Source: Eutreptiella sp. 'Long Island Sound 2002' (Eukaryota; Protista; Euglenida). Taken from it: a stretch of 64,000 nucleotides of DNA. The notes under the pieces are model-generated. The model was not told where the DNA came from. It saw nothing but the letters and a program-made list of their open reading frames with translations, and did no database searches. The stretch covers positions 183,334,001 to 183,398,000 of the forward strand of contig OZ038378.1 in assembly GCA_964036045.1 (NCBI GenBank). Reading direction: 5' to 3'. Shown in pieces: positions 1 to 12,100 of this stretch (its first letter is position 1; the number at the start of each line of letters is the position of its first letter). A program made the position numbers and the translations under genes.

Positions 1-96
1 TCAGATACAAACAACTGCCGTGTTGCTGTGTTACATTCCATGTGTGCGCGTGTCTGATGCCTGCACGGACTTGCTGTCAGCAGACCACTTGGAAAG

Positions 97-1650
97 ATGT
101 GTGCAAATGTGAAACTATCCGAGTTGCCTGAGGATGTGTTGCTGCTCGTCACTGATTTCACGGGCACCGCAGGATGCAGTCACGTGTGTGCACGAATGTG
201 GAATATACTGCATCATCGACATGTATGCCTCGTAATTTGCGAAGAATGGTACGTTTCAATTATGATCAAAGGCTTCTGCACGGAGGCACTGCACACTGTG
301 ACTCTGCGTCTTCACAATGTGGGAGACGTTGGTGCCCAAGCACTAGCTGGATTGAAAGATGCGCCCGCACTGCATACTCTGGTTCTTGACCTGAGCAACA
401 ACAATATTGGACACAGTGGTGCCCAAGCTCTGGCTGGACTGAAGGATGCAGCTGCACTGTATGCCCTGACTCTGAATCTGAGTTTCAACGATGTGGGACA
501 CATAGGTGCGCAAGCACTTGCTGGATTGAAGGATTCAGCTTTGCTGCGTACTCTGGCTCTTAGTCTGGGCGCCAACAACATAGAAGACCTAGGTATCCAA
601 GCATTGTCTGGACTGAAGGATGCGCGTGCACTGCACAGTCTAACCCTGAATGTCCCAGCCAACAATGTGGGATACAGCGGTGCACAAGCGCTTGCCGGAT
701 TGAAAGATGCACCTGCACTGCATGTGCTGGCTCTTGATCTGAGCTTCAACGCTGTGGGCGACAGTGGTGCCCGGGCGCTTGCTGGATTGAAGGATGCACC
801 TTCACTGCACTCTCTAAGTCTGAATCTGTGCAACAACTCTATGGGAGGTAGTGGTGCCCAGGCGCTTGCTGGACTGAAAGATGCACCTGCACTGCACTCT
901 CTGGCGCTGATTTTGGGTGCCAGCAACGTGGATGACAGTGGTACCCAAGCACTATCTGCGGTGAAGGATGCAGCTGCATTGCACCCTGTGGTCCTTAATG
1001 CCACCACCAACAATGTAGGGGACAGTGGGGCCCAGGCTCTTGCCGGATTGAAAGATGCAGTTGCGCTGCGCACTCTGACCCTTGATCTGAGCTTCAACAG
1101 TGTGGGAGACAGTGGGGTGCAGGCGCTTGCTGGATTGAAGGATGCACCTGTGCTCCATATCCTGACTCTTAATCTTTGCAACAACGAAGTGCGAGTTTGT
1201 GGCGTGCAAGCGCTTGTTGCATTGAAAGATGCACCTGCACTGCACACCCTGACTCTTGATCTGAGCAACAACCTTGTGGGACACCGTGGTGCCCAAGCTC
1301 TTGCTGGACTGAAGGATGCATCTGCACTCCGCACCGTGATTTTGAATCTGAATTTCAACAATGTGGGGCGCATCGGTGCCCAAGCGCTGGCTGGATTGAA
1401 GGATGCGCCTGTACTCCATACACTGACTCTGAATCTGTGCAACAATTCCGTGGGAGGCAGCGGTGCCCAGGCGCTTGCTGGATTAAAGGATGGAGCTGCA
1501 TTGCACTCTCTAACTCTTGATCTGCGCAACAACAACGTGGGACACAGTGGCGTGCAAGCGCTATCTGGATTGCGGGCTGCATCTACATTGCGCACTGTGA
1601 CTTTGAAACTTGATGCAGATGAAGATGAGGATGGACGACGCTTGAAGTGA
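97..1650 (+). CDS. F-box-like / RNI-type leucine-rich repeat protein (517 aa, intronless)
   Basis: The ORF begins with an F-box-like motif (LSELPEDVLLLVTDF...CSHVCARMWNIL). It continues with about 14 complete plus 2 partial 29-aa repeats (LKDAPALHTLxLxLxxNxVGxxGAQALAG; 87-bp nucleotide period, e.g. 352 vs 439). It ends in TGA. Confidence 0.9.
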   Translation: MCANVKLSELPEDVLLLVTDFTGTAGCSHVCARMWNILHHRHVCLVICEEWYVSIMIKGFCTEALHTVTLRLHNVGDVGAQALAGLKDAPALHTLVLDLSNNNIGHSGAQALAGLKDAAALYALTLNLSFNDVGHIGAQALAGLKDSALLRTLALSLGANNIEDLGIQALSGLKDARALHSLTLNVPANNVGYSGAQALAGLKDAPALHVLALDLSFNAVGDSGARALAGLKDAPSLHSLSLNLCNNSMGGSGAQALAGLKDAPALHSLALILGASNVDDSGTQALSAVKDAAALHPVVLNATTNNVGDSGAQALAGLKDAVALRTLTLDLSFNSVGDSGVQALAGLKDAPVLHILTLNLCNNEVRVCGVQALVALKDAPALHTLTLDLSNNLVGHRGAQALAGLKDASALRTVILNLNFNNVGRIGAQALAGLKDAPVLHTLTLNLCNNSVGGSGAQALAGLKDGAALHSLTLDLRNNNVGHSGVQALSGLRAASTLRTVTLKLDADEDEDGRRLK

Positions 1651-2602
1651 CGGTCAAGACTGCAGTGGGAGGCGCTGCATAAGCGGTCTGCCAATGTTTG
1701 CGGGGCACCAGCAATTCGTTGGGTGTACCATACGGGGCTCTCATGCAACTGAAATTCATCCATTCTTCGTAAAGTCTAGAACGGACTGCTTCTCAACAGC
1801 ATCTCCTCTCAAGCCACTTTGGAGGGTGTGAGCAAGACGGTATACCAGACTGGAGCATGGGCTCCTGCGGGGAATGGGCAGGGAGCGGTACGTGGGTGGC
1901 ACAGGGTGGGCTGCTGGAAGATTTCTGCCTGTGGCAACTAGTACTTTGTGACCTGAAGGTGGCAGGCATCCTCTTTGTCGAAGCCATGCCTTTTTGTGTG
2001 CTGCGGCTCCGCACCTGATGCACAGAGTACCAGCCATCATCCGTTTTATGGCCATGCCACGCCTCTTGTTGTGAAGTTTTGAGAGCAGCCCGTCTTCCGC
2101 ATGAGCACGAGTGAACGGCGAAAGCGAGGCGGGTGGTTTACAAAGAGACTGATCAAACCCAGAGGCACAACGAACAGGACCTGTAAGTCTGTGTGGGCGC
2201 CCAACAGCGCTTTGATTCCTCATGTGTGCACGCGGCGGAGCTTTGGTGCTACGTCACTGTCAGCAGGGACACCTTTTCTGGTAGAGTCTTCCGAATTGGC
2301 TGCATTTCCTTCTTCGGCCACCAGACTGGGTCACACCAGGTCTGGAGGTAAACAATGCCCTGACCCCGTTTCTCACCCCAGACATACCAGGGGGACTTGA
2401 CGCAGCGTGCACTATTAGGGCAACTGGGGCCAACCTGGCGGTAGCAGAGAGAGCATACTGTAAAGTGTGAAATAGAGAAAAACCATGCGTGCCGTGATGG
2501 GGAAGTGCAATTGCGCAATTTTGCGAGTTTTGGTTTGAGTCTCTTCTTCTCTTCTTTTCTTTTTTGGGGCACTTTCTGGTTCCAGCCACTTTTTGCACTT
2601 TC

Positions 2603-2760
2603 GTGTTGCCACTGCGTGAACTGTGTTTAGAGGGCATTGGGGCAGTCAAAAAGGGGATTTGAGGTGTTGCCACTGCGTGAAATGTGTTTTGAGGGCATGG
2701 GGACAGTGGAAAGGGGGGTTTGAGGTGTTGCCACTGCGTGAAATGTGTTTTGAGGGTATG
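2603..2760. repeat. 61-bp tandem repeat, about 2.6 copies
   Basis: GTGTTGCCACTGCGTGAA recurs at 2603, 2664 and 2725, and the intervening sequences are near-identical. Confidence 0.9.
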
Positions 2761-3231
2761 GGGGTCTTTTTCTGCATTTGTGTGCACTCAGCGTTCCCAA
2801 GTTCTTCACATTTTGTTGCATTTTGCCTGTTGTACTGTCGAGTTGTGCCACAGCTATACACAGCCCCTGAGTGAGGCTTTGAATGCACTGCGGGGCAGTG
2901 GAAGCACAAAGGCACCATTTGTGTATGGCGCTGTAATGAATGTGCATGCTGAGTATGCCCAATGGGCCTTTGAGGATGCTATTTTGCGCCCAAGTTGAGG
3001 AACGGGTACACGGACCTCAAGTCTGCAAGGTTAGGTTTTGTCAGATGTGGCTGGAAGGGCACTTCCTATTGAGGCAGTGATCTACCGTTAACCAGAGCAG
3101 TGGACGTTTTACAAGCATGCAACCTGAACTTAACCAGTCTTCCTTATTTAGACCACAATTTGCAGAAGTAGACTCCCCTGCGGCCAAACATTGAGGAGGG
3201 TGATTTTGGGCTGACTGGCGCACATCAGGGG

Positions 3232-5183
3232 GGCCGCTCCGGGCCAGGACCCGACCCCAAGGGCTGGGGGGGGGTCGGGGGCTCTACGGACCTACCCCCC
3301 CCCCCCCCCTTGCGCATGCACGGCCTTGTCTAAGCACGGGGTGGGCGTTGAACCGCCGTTTTGAGGAAATTTTGGGACCGCTGTTTTTGTGGTCCAGGAT
3401 GGAGGATTGGGTGTCCGTAGAGCGTTTGCACAGGGAAAGAGGGGCTCATTCAAGTCTGTAATGGTGCATTCTGTTCATAACAACATTGTACTACACATTG
3501 GAACCCTATGCTGCTTGTTCTGATGTGATTTTCAGCCATGGCTAACAATGTTATTCCCGGTCTGGCTGTCACATGTGTCACGCGCATGCACGGCCTTGTC
3601 TAAGCACGGGGTGGGCGTTGAACCGCCGTTTTGGCCTGACACCTGGGACCGCGGCCGTGCTTGCGCAAGGGGGGGGGGTACAATAGTTGTATGGATCAAT
3701 GGATAATGTGGGCGCTGGAGGCGCCCGAGATTTTGTTTATTTTGTTTGTTTTGTTTGCCTATACTCAAAATACTCAGAATTTTGTGGAGAATTCAAAAAT
3801 GGGTGAAAAACACAAAAAAAAACAGTGTGACCCCCCCCGACCCGACCTCTGGGCCAGACCTTGGTTGATGGGAGCCTGAGCTGATAGGTAATTTTTTTGA
3901 AAAACAATTTTACCCTACTTGTGTATGTTCAAAATGATCAGCTCATCATGGGCATCATTTTGAGGTATGTATGTTGGGGTCCCCCCCCCCCCCCCCAGCG
4001 ACTACCCTTGCAGCTCCGCCAACGCCGCACTAACGCCGACGCCAACAATGGCGGAACGCGCTCACCCATGCAACAACAATAGAGGGCAGCCCAGGACAGC
4101 AAAGGACAGCCCAGAAAAGACGCCCGGGGCACCGCGGACACTGGGTGATGAGCCAACAGACTCTTTATAGGGGAGAGGGGGGAGGCCGTGGGCTCCCCCC
4201 GTTCCCCAACTGCGGGGACGCGTACAAAGGGGAACTAGCCCCGGTCCCGAACCCTTAGACTGACGGCGGGCCCTACGTGCATGGTCTACCACCGCCGCCC
4301 CAGCTAAGGCCATCATGCTAGCAAACAGCATGCAACTACGGCCAGGACAGACTGGGATATGTGGGCCAGCAGAAGCAAGTGGCCAAAACCACCCACACCA
4401 AGCACACCGACACCAACAAGGAGCCCCCTTGAGCCACGACCTCCCTCCTCAAGGGGAAGGAGGGGGCAGGGTGCGACGAACCCACTCCCACTCCCCCTCC
4501 CCCGCCCCCTCCTCTACCCCCTCCCTGCAGCAACACGCACCCCCGCCACCCAATGCCCCCCAGGGCAGAAAGAATGGAGAGGGCGGGGAAGAAACTGGGC
4601 AGGGGGAAAGGGACGAACCAAGGAGGGTAACAGAACAGGACAGACCCCGCTCGCTGAAAACGGTGCACAGCGCAGAAGGAGAAGAAGGAAAGGAAAAACA
4701 GGAAAGAATCATTGTGGTTGTTAGAAGCCCCTGTCAGGAGAATTATCCTGCAGATGCACACCCCAGCGCACAAGTCAGTGCTGGAGTCGGCAAACCCTGC
4801 ATGGACTCGGAGTGTGCATCTGGATGCACCTGGTCAACGGCACGGGCAACAGCCCGTCTCTAGGACAGCCGACCCTGGCGTAGTCAAACAGGACAAGTCA
4901 TCCAGGGGCTTCGTTGACACAACCAAAACATGTTCGGGCCCACAGAGGGTCAGAATGAGCAGTGGCAAGAGGCCAATAGGCGCCGCCAAAGGCAAACAAT
5001 CAGATACCGAGGCCTTGTGCCAACTCCCCCCCCCCCCCCCCCGGGGACCCCGGTGGCTGACCGCCTGACACGCCTACCCCTGGGGTTTGGGTAAACGAAG
5101 GCCCCCCTCCCTTTCTGGGGGGGGGTCTACATCCCCTGAAACGATTGAACACCCCTCGGGGTCGGGTCCTGGCTGGGAGCCGC
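3232..5183. mobile_element. Candidate composite non-autonomous element bounded by imperfect inverted repeats
   Basis: GCCAGGACCCGACCCC (3243-3258) is the exact reverse complement of 5158-5173, with partial extension to about 30 bp. No TSD was identified. Confidence 0.35.
3295..3678. mobile_element. 384-bp MITE with poly-C-capped TIRs and TA target-site duplication
   Basis: The left end reads TA|C15-TTGCGCATGCACGGCC and the right end reads GGCCGTGCTTGCGCAA-G10|TA (26-bp TIR, 1 mismatch). About 50 bp of the left subterminal sequence is repeated at 3583-3632. Confidence 0.85.
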
Positions 5184-6155
5184 GACCGTGGCGCACAAAC
5201 TGCCAGGTACATACGGTGCAGATGACAACAGCCGCTGCTTGACAAACATTGCAAGGTTCAATGATGATGTGAAGGGTAGGTTCAATGTAGTGTCATGCCA
5301 ATAGCAAGACCACCATCCTAGGCGGAGAACCTGACACAGTGCGCGCACAGCGTGGAGATTTAGCTGTCTCGCCTGACCGAGCATCTGTAGATTAAATTGT
5401 GGCTAGGCCGGAAGAGCTATAATTTCCCTCCACTGTTTGGACAACGGTAGGAAAAATCAACAAGGGCTGTGAAATGGCATAGAGGTGCAAGTGAATTTGG
5501 TATGAAGAGTTCATGGTATTGTAGTGTGATGATGATGAATTGGTATTTTGGGTCATGCAGGGGTAATGGAAACAACCCACAGGGAGAGTGAAGCGTCGCG
5601 CAAGTATAAAAAAGATATGAAAAAAATATTCTTTTTTTTGTATGAGCGTGAATGTCTATTTTGGGGGGGGGGGGGGGGGGGGCTGTCAGCGTGAGTCTAA
5701 TTAAAGCAAAAAAAAACCCACCCAATTTCATTTCCACCCGTTTTGTTGCGGTCGCTGAGACGGCAGGGGTGATGAAGCCACTATGCCCACCTTTGTAACA
5801 GCCCCAATGCTGCTGAAGAGATGGGATGGTGTGTGGGGTGGGTGGGGGGGCTGAACCAGAGGTTCTTCAAACCGCAGCTAAGGAGTGCTGCTCTTTGGAA
5901 CCCCAATCCCTGACATCCTTCCCGATCGCAGAGGTGTGAAGAGTTTGCAAAAAGGAGGATTGCCATATCATACGCACTTCCAAAAAGCAAAAGAGGCACA
6001 GCCTCCATGCAGGCTCCAGCTCCTGCCTTTCAAGCACAACACTTTGTCATGTCAACCTCACCAATTTGCCAGATCCGAATTTGGAGCAACTTTGAATGTT
6101 GTCGAGGAGCCGCCATCTGATGGTTTCATAGCGGTGTGCGGATGCCATATGGAGT

Positions 6156-9100
6156 ATGAGGTGGAAGGTGCTGCTACTGGTGCTGCCACTATGCGTGTTG
6201 CTGGCATTGGGTGTGACATATCATGTGTCCGGGCTGCAGGCGGAGGTTGAGTATGTAGCGCCCTCGCAGCCGGCCTCGCTCCTGCCGGCTGTCGCACCAG
6301 CTGGCCCTGCAAGGCACGGCGGGGCACCGCAGAGGGCAGGGGAGGTGCAGGGGGCTGCAACAGTGGTTGGGCAGGCGGTGTCGGGCAGCAGGAGCAACCA
6401 AAGGAGCGAGACCGCAGCAGATGAAGGACCACTGGAATTGGCTGCGGATCGTGGGCAGCAGTACGGCCATGGGAGTGGGAGTGTCAGGTCGGGGGATGTG
6501 GAGGGAATAGGTGGGCGTAATGCTCAAGTGGAAGGGGTGCCGAGAGGGAAAGCAGTCGGCAGCAATGAAGGCATGGGGGTAGCAGGATCGGGAGCGGGGG
6601 GAGGACAGCGGGAGGAACACGCTCACCGAAAGGGCAGGGCTGATAGGGCTGGGGCTCTGGCACCGCGGGTGGCTGCCATCAAGGAGGCCCAAGCAGAAGG
6701 GGGGCACAATGCGGCTGAGGTGTACCCGCAGCAAAGCTCTCAGCCGGAATACTACATGGACAACGTCGATGGGGCTGTTCCTACCATCACCAAGACGCTG
6801 CACAAGTTGGTGACTACCAACATGTCTTTGGAGGTCCGTACTGCTCCTTTGCACTGATTGTTGTGTTTGTGAACGCCGTTTTTGGCTCTCTTCAACATTC
6901 AGGTACCGTTCGGGAGTGTATACGTCTGGCCTGACTGCAAAGACTTTTAGTGTCTGTTTGCACAAAGGAGGCCAAGCGGGGGGGCGGGGGAGGGAAGTGA
7001 AAATGAGGATTCCTGGTGTCCACTACAATCTGCTGCTGCTGGCAACAAGCCCTTGCCGTATGCAAGTCATACAGTTGCCAGACACAAGTGGGGTAGAGCT
7101 GCGGAGCTACGATGTTGGACACCACCACAGAGAACCTACTGGGGAAGATAAGGGTTGCTGGTAACAACTACCATCTACTGCTACCCTACCATATGCATGT
7201 CATGTACATCCGTCACAGTGTGTCACCGTTGGCCCCCCGATGACTGCCAATGCCACCGGTCTACCTCCAATTCATACACACATACAAACATACTTGCGTA
7301 TGTGTGTGAGCATGTGCACGTCCACATGACCGTGTGCATCGACAGCAAAGCAGTACAGGGGAGACACCCTAGGCCCCAAACGCAGAACGCGTATTTTTTA
7401 AATTTCTATACACCTTAGCAGGTGAGACGCTTGTAGCCTAGCACCGTGCTATCCAAGGAAGCCAGCTCAAGAGTCTGGGTGTCATGTACTGGACGCGTGC
7501 CCACCCGAAAAAGGAGGCAGGGAGGGCACCCACATGGATAGACTTAGTTCATGAACCTTGATGCGACTGGACCCTTCGTGCAGTGGCCAGCCCATTTGTG
7601 ATGTTTGGTGATGTCAGTGAGAAGTCAGAAGTCGGATGACAGGACTGACTTACAAAACCCTAGTGGTAGCAGGCACAGAGCACCAGCCATTAATGTAAGC
7701 AACATACATGCATGGAAATGGAAAACCAATTTTACAGCACCCCAGTGCGCCCCTTGCGCAACACAATACCGAAAACTACGTGCCCCTGATTTTCCTCAGA
7801 AGGCAAAATGCTCATAGTGGTGGTGGTGAGCACCCTCCAAACTTCAAAGTGATGGGAATTAGCGAATCATGGGAGAAATGCCAAGGGGCAGAAGCAGCAC
7901 CGGTAAGCAGAGGGAGCATTGTGGTGCTGGTGTTGTGGTGTCGACGGTATTGATCCCAGCTGAGTAGAGTGCAGGACTCCCACACTCATGGTCCTAGTTT
8001 CAAAACATGATTGAACACTCACACTTGGGGTTTGACACCGATGGGTTGGAAACATACCCCCGTTGTGCGATGGCATGTCGGCGAGTGGTCCTTAGAAATA
8101 GAACTCATGCTCCGAAATGCCAGGGGTAGTGGATTGCCACAGCCCTCACCCCACCCTGCCCGGCCAATTAAAACGATTTACTCTAACGCATACACCTCAA
8201 ACTGATCAGCACAACATGGCATTTCGAGGTATATGTGTCGACCCCCCTCCCCAATGAGCCGAGCCCCCCCCCCCCCCTCCGCAACAAAAGTGGCACCCTT
8301 GTGGAAAGGGTTGGAACAAACACAACACACACAACATCTGTGCAACTTTCAAGATACTTCAGCTATGGAAGGTGCTCCTTTGTGATGCGCCTTTTGGATT
8401 TAGTCAATTGGTAAAATGGACGTGCCACCCTTTGCACATTGAGCCGCGGCCATAGTCTCTCCTTTGTAGAGAGGGATGACGTCGACAAAATCAATGTCCC
8501 CCAATTTTCTCCCTATCTGACAACCTCATAGACTCCTGCCCTCTTTGCAAAACAAAAGCATATGCCTTTATGCTGAGTGTGCAATTGCTCACAGGTGCAC
8601 CTGTAGAGCATCCCTGTGAGTCACTACCAGCAGTGGTTGGTGGCGACCTCACAAGTCCCTGTTCCAAGTGGTATTTACTCTTGAACACACTGCTACTCCA
8701 ATTGTACTTCTGATCACAAAAGTGAGTAGTAGCACTAGGGCGGGCTACACCGTAGCCTGAGACTTTCAATTCACCACTCAATGCTGTTTTGGGAGTAGCA
8801 ACACAAGACACCTTTCAATGTGCCCTTTGTCCCTCCTTGTGCATGTGGTAGACACACACAAACAGAACTCTCCATTGGTGTCAATCCACCTCCTGCTTTT
8901 CCTCAAAATGCAAAATGCTGCGCACCACTGATGTGTACCATTTGGTGGTGATCTAGAACCCCCCCTGTATCAGTGATGGAGCAGCTCCAAACTTCAGTCA
9001 TGGGAATGAGTGAATGTGAAGCATGCTAGCAGTAGCATAGGGGGGTTTCACTAAATCAACATGCTTTTCCCCTAGCGGCTTTGGACAAGCAGACAATTTC

Positions 9101-12100
9101 TTCACAAACAATCCAAACCCGTGCCGACACCAAGAAGTACCACCTTACTTACCCAGCCTTTATGGCAGCCCCCCTTCCCCTTGCTCAGGGGCTCACTTCC
9201 TTTTTTGCTGACGCGCTAACTCTAGCAAGTCTGCAACCCTCAGACTGAACTGCCCCCACCTGCACACAGTGTTGCCAAAACGCCTCACCAATTTCCACAT
9301 TTACTGGGACATGGACCCAGGCGCGGCTGGAAAAGCTCAAGGTGGTTTTCTAATGTTAGGATTCATTCGCCCGGCTTATGTACCGGTTTGCATGGCTTGC
9401 AGTGTACAAACAGCTCGGGGACTCTATCTCTACCTCTGCCACACAACGTCGCCACTGATTTACGAACCTTCTGTTGTACAGGAACGCGGGGACTGGCGGC
9501 TCCGGGTGGTCCAAGAACGCAAGCGGCACAAGATTGCCTTCTGGTCGACGTTCATCACGCCGTTTCGGGGCAACTACGCCCCCATGCGCGCTTTCTTGTA
9601 CTGGCTGAACCGGGAGGACCGCGGAGTGGACGTGGAGTTTCATTACTGTGGCCTTGAACTGGGTGGAATTGAGGGCTGTCTGAATGTCACGGATTGTGAC
9701 ATCGTGGTGATGCTTGCAATAGGAACGTGTTGCCTCGCCCCTGCCACCGCTCAGGGCAATGCCCGTGCCCTTGTCCATCCCGTGCCCCTGTCTATGCCCC
9801 TGCCCTCTTCTATGCTTCTCTCCCGCCACGGCCCACGCCACTGCCTGCGCCTATTCCTTTCCCACGGTCAGGCCCAGGCCCCTGCCCCTGTCTAGGCCCT
9901 TGTTCATGCCCATGCCTGTGCCCCAGTGTCTGCCCATGGCATGCCCATACCCAATTCCCTTGACTGTGCCCCGGTCATACTCTGCCCATGCCTCTTCCTA
10001 TTGCTGTGTGTGAAAGTGCAGGGTCTTGTTGGGTATCCAAAGCATAGGGGTTGGGGCATAGGGCTTGTGCTTTTTCTTGACGTGACCAAGGACCTCAACA
10101 GAATCTCTATCAAGCTTGAATGCGCATGCAAAGCCTAAGTCATCAGACTCGAAATCTCATTTGATCTACAAAAGTGTATTTGCTGAGTTTTTGTAGTTGG
10201 TGCATGGTTTGTAGCACAGTCTCCTCCTCCTTTCTCTCCTCTCCTCTTCTCTCCTCTCCCCCCCTCCTCCTTTCTCTCCTCTCCTCTTCTCTCCTCTCCC
10301 CCCAAGTCACCCTTCATGTCATGGCTGCATTGCTTTACCTGTGCCGCAGGTACTGAAAATGTCCGTGGGGGCTAAGTGGTTCACGTCCTCTGATAGCAAT
10401 GGCAGTTGTTGGGTGGTTCTTGATGTTCTGTGGTTCTTGCTTCTTTTCCCTGGAAAAAAAGTCCATGGAAGTGGTGTAAGTCAAGCGACTTCCACCATGT
10501 TGCTTTGCTGTGTGGTTGCTGGTGTGCTTTGTTGCCACTGTTTGTTGTTGTGGAACTGGTGCTGAGCAGTTCCATGCTGATGCTGTTCTCCTCCTCATGG
10601 CATTATATTGGTGGTGCGGCTTATGTTCTCTGCTGTCCGAATTGCCCTGTGGCCTGCGGCTTTGGCCATGCCTCTGTCCATGCCTCTGCCACTGCTGCCC
10701 ATGCACGCAAAGCTTCTGCCCCGGGGCTGTTCCTGTGCGTGTCGTCCAAAGGGCCTTTGTGGTGGTACCTTTACTTCGTCCCTTGAGACAGCGCGCCAGG
10801 CGCGCCTGGCAAAGTTTCCCCTATTTTCTCGGTTGTCCCCCCTTTTTCCCCTTTTTTGGTACCCGTGTAGGGGACCCCCGAGAAGGCAGGGGTGATGTAG
10901 CCATTCCGCCCCCACGTGGGCCCCCGAGATGGCAGGGGTTAGGTAGCCTGGGCTAGAGGAGGGTGTGATGTTTGCGGGTAAAGCATTGGGATAGATGGCC
11001 GGAACATTGATTTGGATGCTGGGCGCGCCAGGTGCACGCCGTGCAAACGTACCCTCCTTGATCTTTTTGTCCTTCTCCTTCGAAGGTACGTCGCCACCCT
11101 CTCCGTATCACCCACAGTCGCACGCCGGAATCCGCGCTGGGCCATGTTTGAGTTCAAGCCATTGCTGGAGAAGAGTTTCAAGCAGAATCCTGTGTGGCTC
11201 CTGGTGGCCGACGAGTACTGTGAGTTCAATTCCCGAGGGATGCTGGAGACCCCTTTGGTGTTCCGGACATATTACAGGTATAACTACGGTGGGCTTGTGC
11301 GCAGTCACGGGAATCCGGTTCAACCTGAGGACCCCCTGCCCCAGTCCAGGCCCAAGATAGTGCAGCCAGGTGGAGGCTTGGAGGCCGTGTCTTCCCCTTA
11401 CGTTGCCATGTCCATATCCTACGCTGTGTTTAAGCCATACACATCCTACTCCCGGCAGGAACACCCCAGGCTTCCACCATTGTCGGGTGGATGGACTATG
11501 GAGTGACCCCCTCCCCCCCAAGGCTGCATTCGGCACTGATCTGGTTTGCGCTGCAGTGCAGCAAGGCAAAACATTGAACTGAGTGTGGTGATGACCATGC
11601 GCCTGTGACACGGGGGCGTATGCGAGCCCAGTATCCGTTGCCTCATGGCCCCCAAGGCTGCCAGGCCCTCTGGACCCAAAGATAGTGCGGAGGACGACCC
11701 CCCCCCCCCCCCACACACACCCCGCCCGCCCCCCCGCCCCCCCTGCAGCACAGGGGCTCTTGGCAGTGCATAACCAGAGGTGTAGCTCCCAGGTAGGCCT
11801 TGGTGAAGGAAGGCCTGGTCGAGCATGAGTGGCCCAAAGCAGCTTGTCACTGGCATAGCTGGGCGTATGACTACAGTGAACAGCTGAGCAAATGCTGGTG
11901 GCAGGGGATGGTCCGCTCCCAGACACCAGGCAAAGAGAAAGAATGGCAGCTGCTGTTAATGATGTGCCTGTTCAAGGGATGGTACTGGTTGAATGGTGGC
12001 AAGCAGGTGGTCAGCCATATGACAACAGAGGATGTGTGACTCGGTAAACTACCTGAAGTGTGAAAATCTGTCGTCGTCCCTCACTTCTAAAACTCGACCG

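Noticed and set aside
312-1763. 483-aa antisense ORF
   Set aside because: It is the shadow frame of the tandem LRR coding repeats and has no independent coding signal.
2603-2760. 61-bp periodic array resembling a CRISPR
   Set aside because: The intervening sequences are near-identical rather than unique spacers, there are only about 3 units, there are no cas genes, and the context is eukaryotic.
11795-11900. Exon-like segment ALVKEGLVEHEWPKAAC
   Set aside because: Exon 11086-11277 joins 12183 in phase, giving VFRTYYSSKF..WFPLG as expected for the family. This segment lacks a phase-compatible acceptor.
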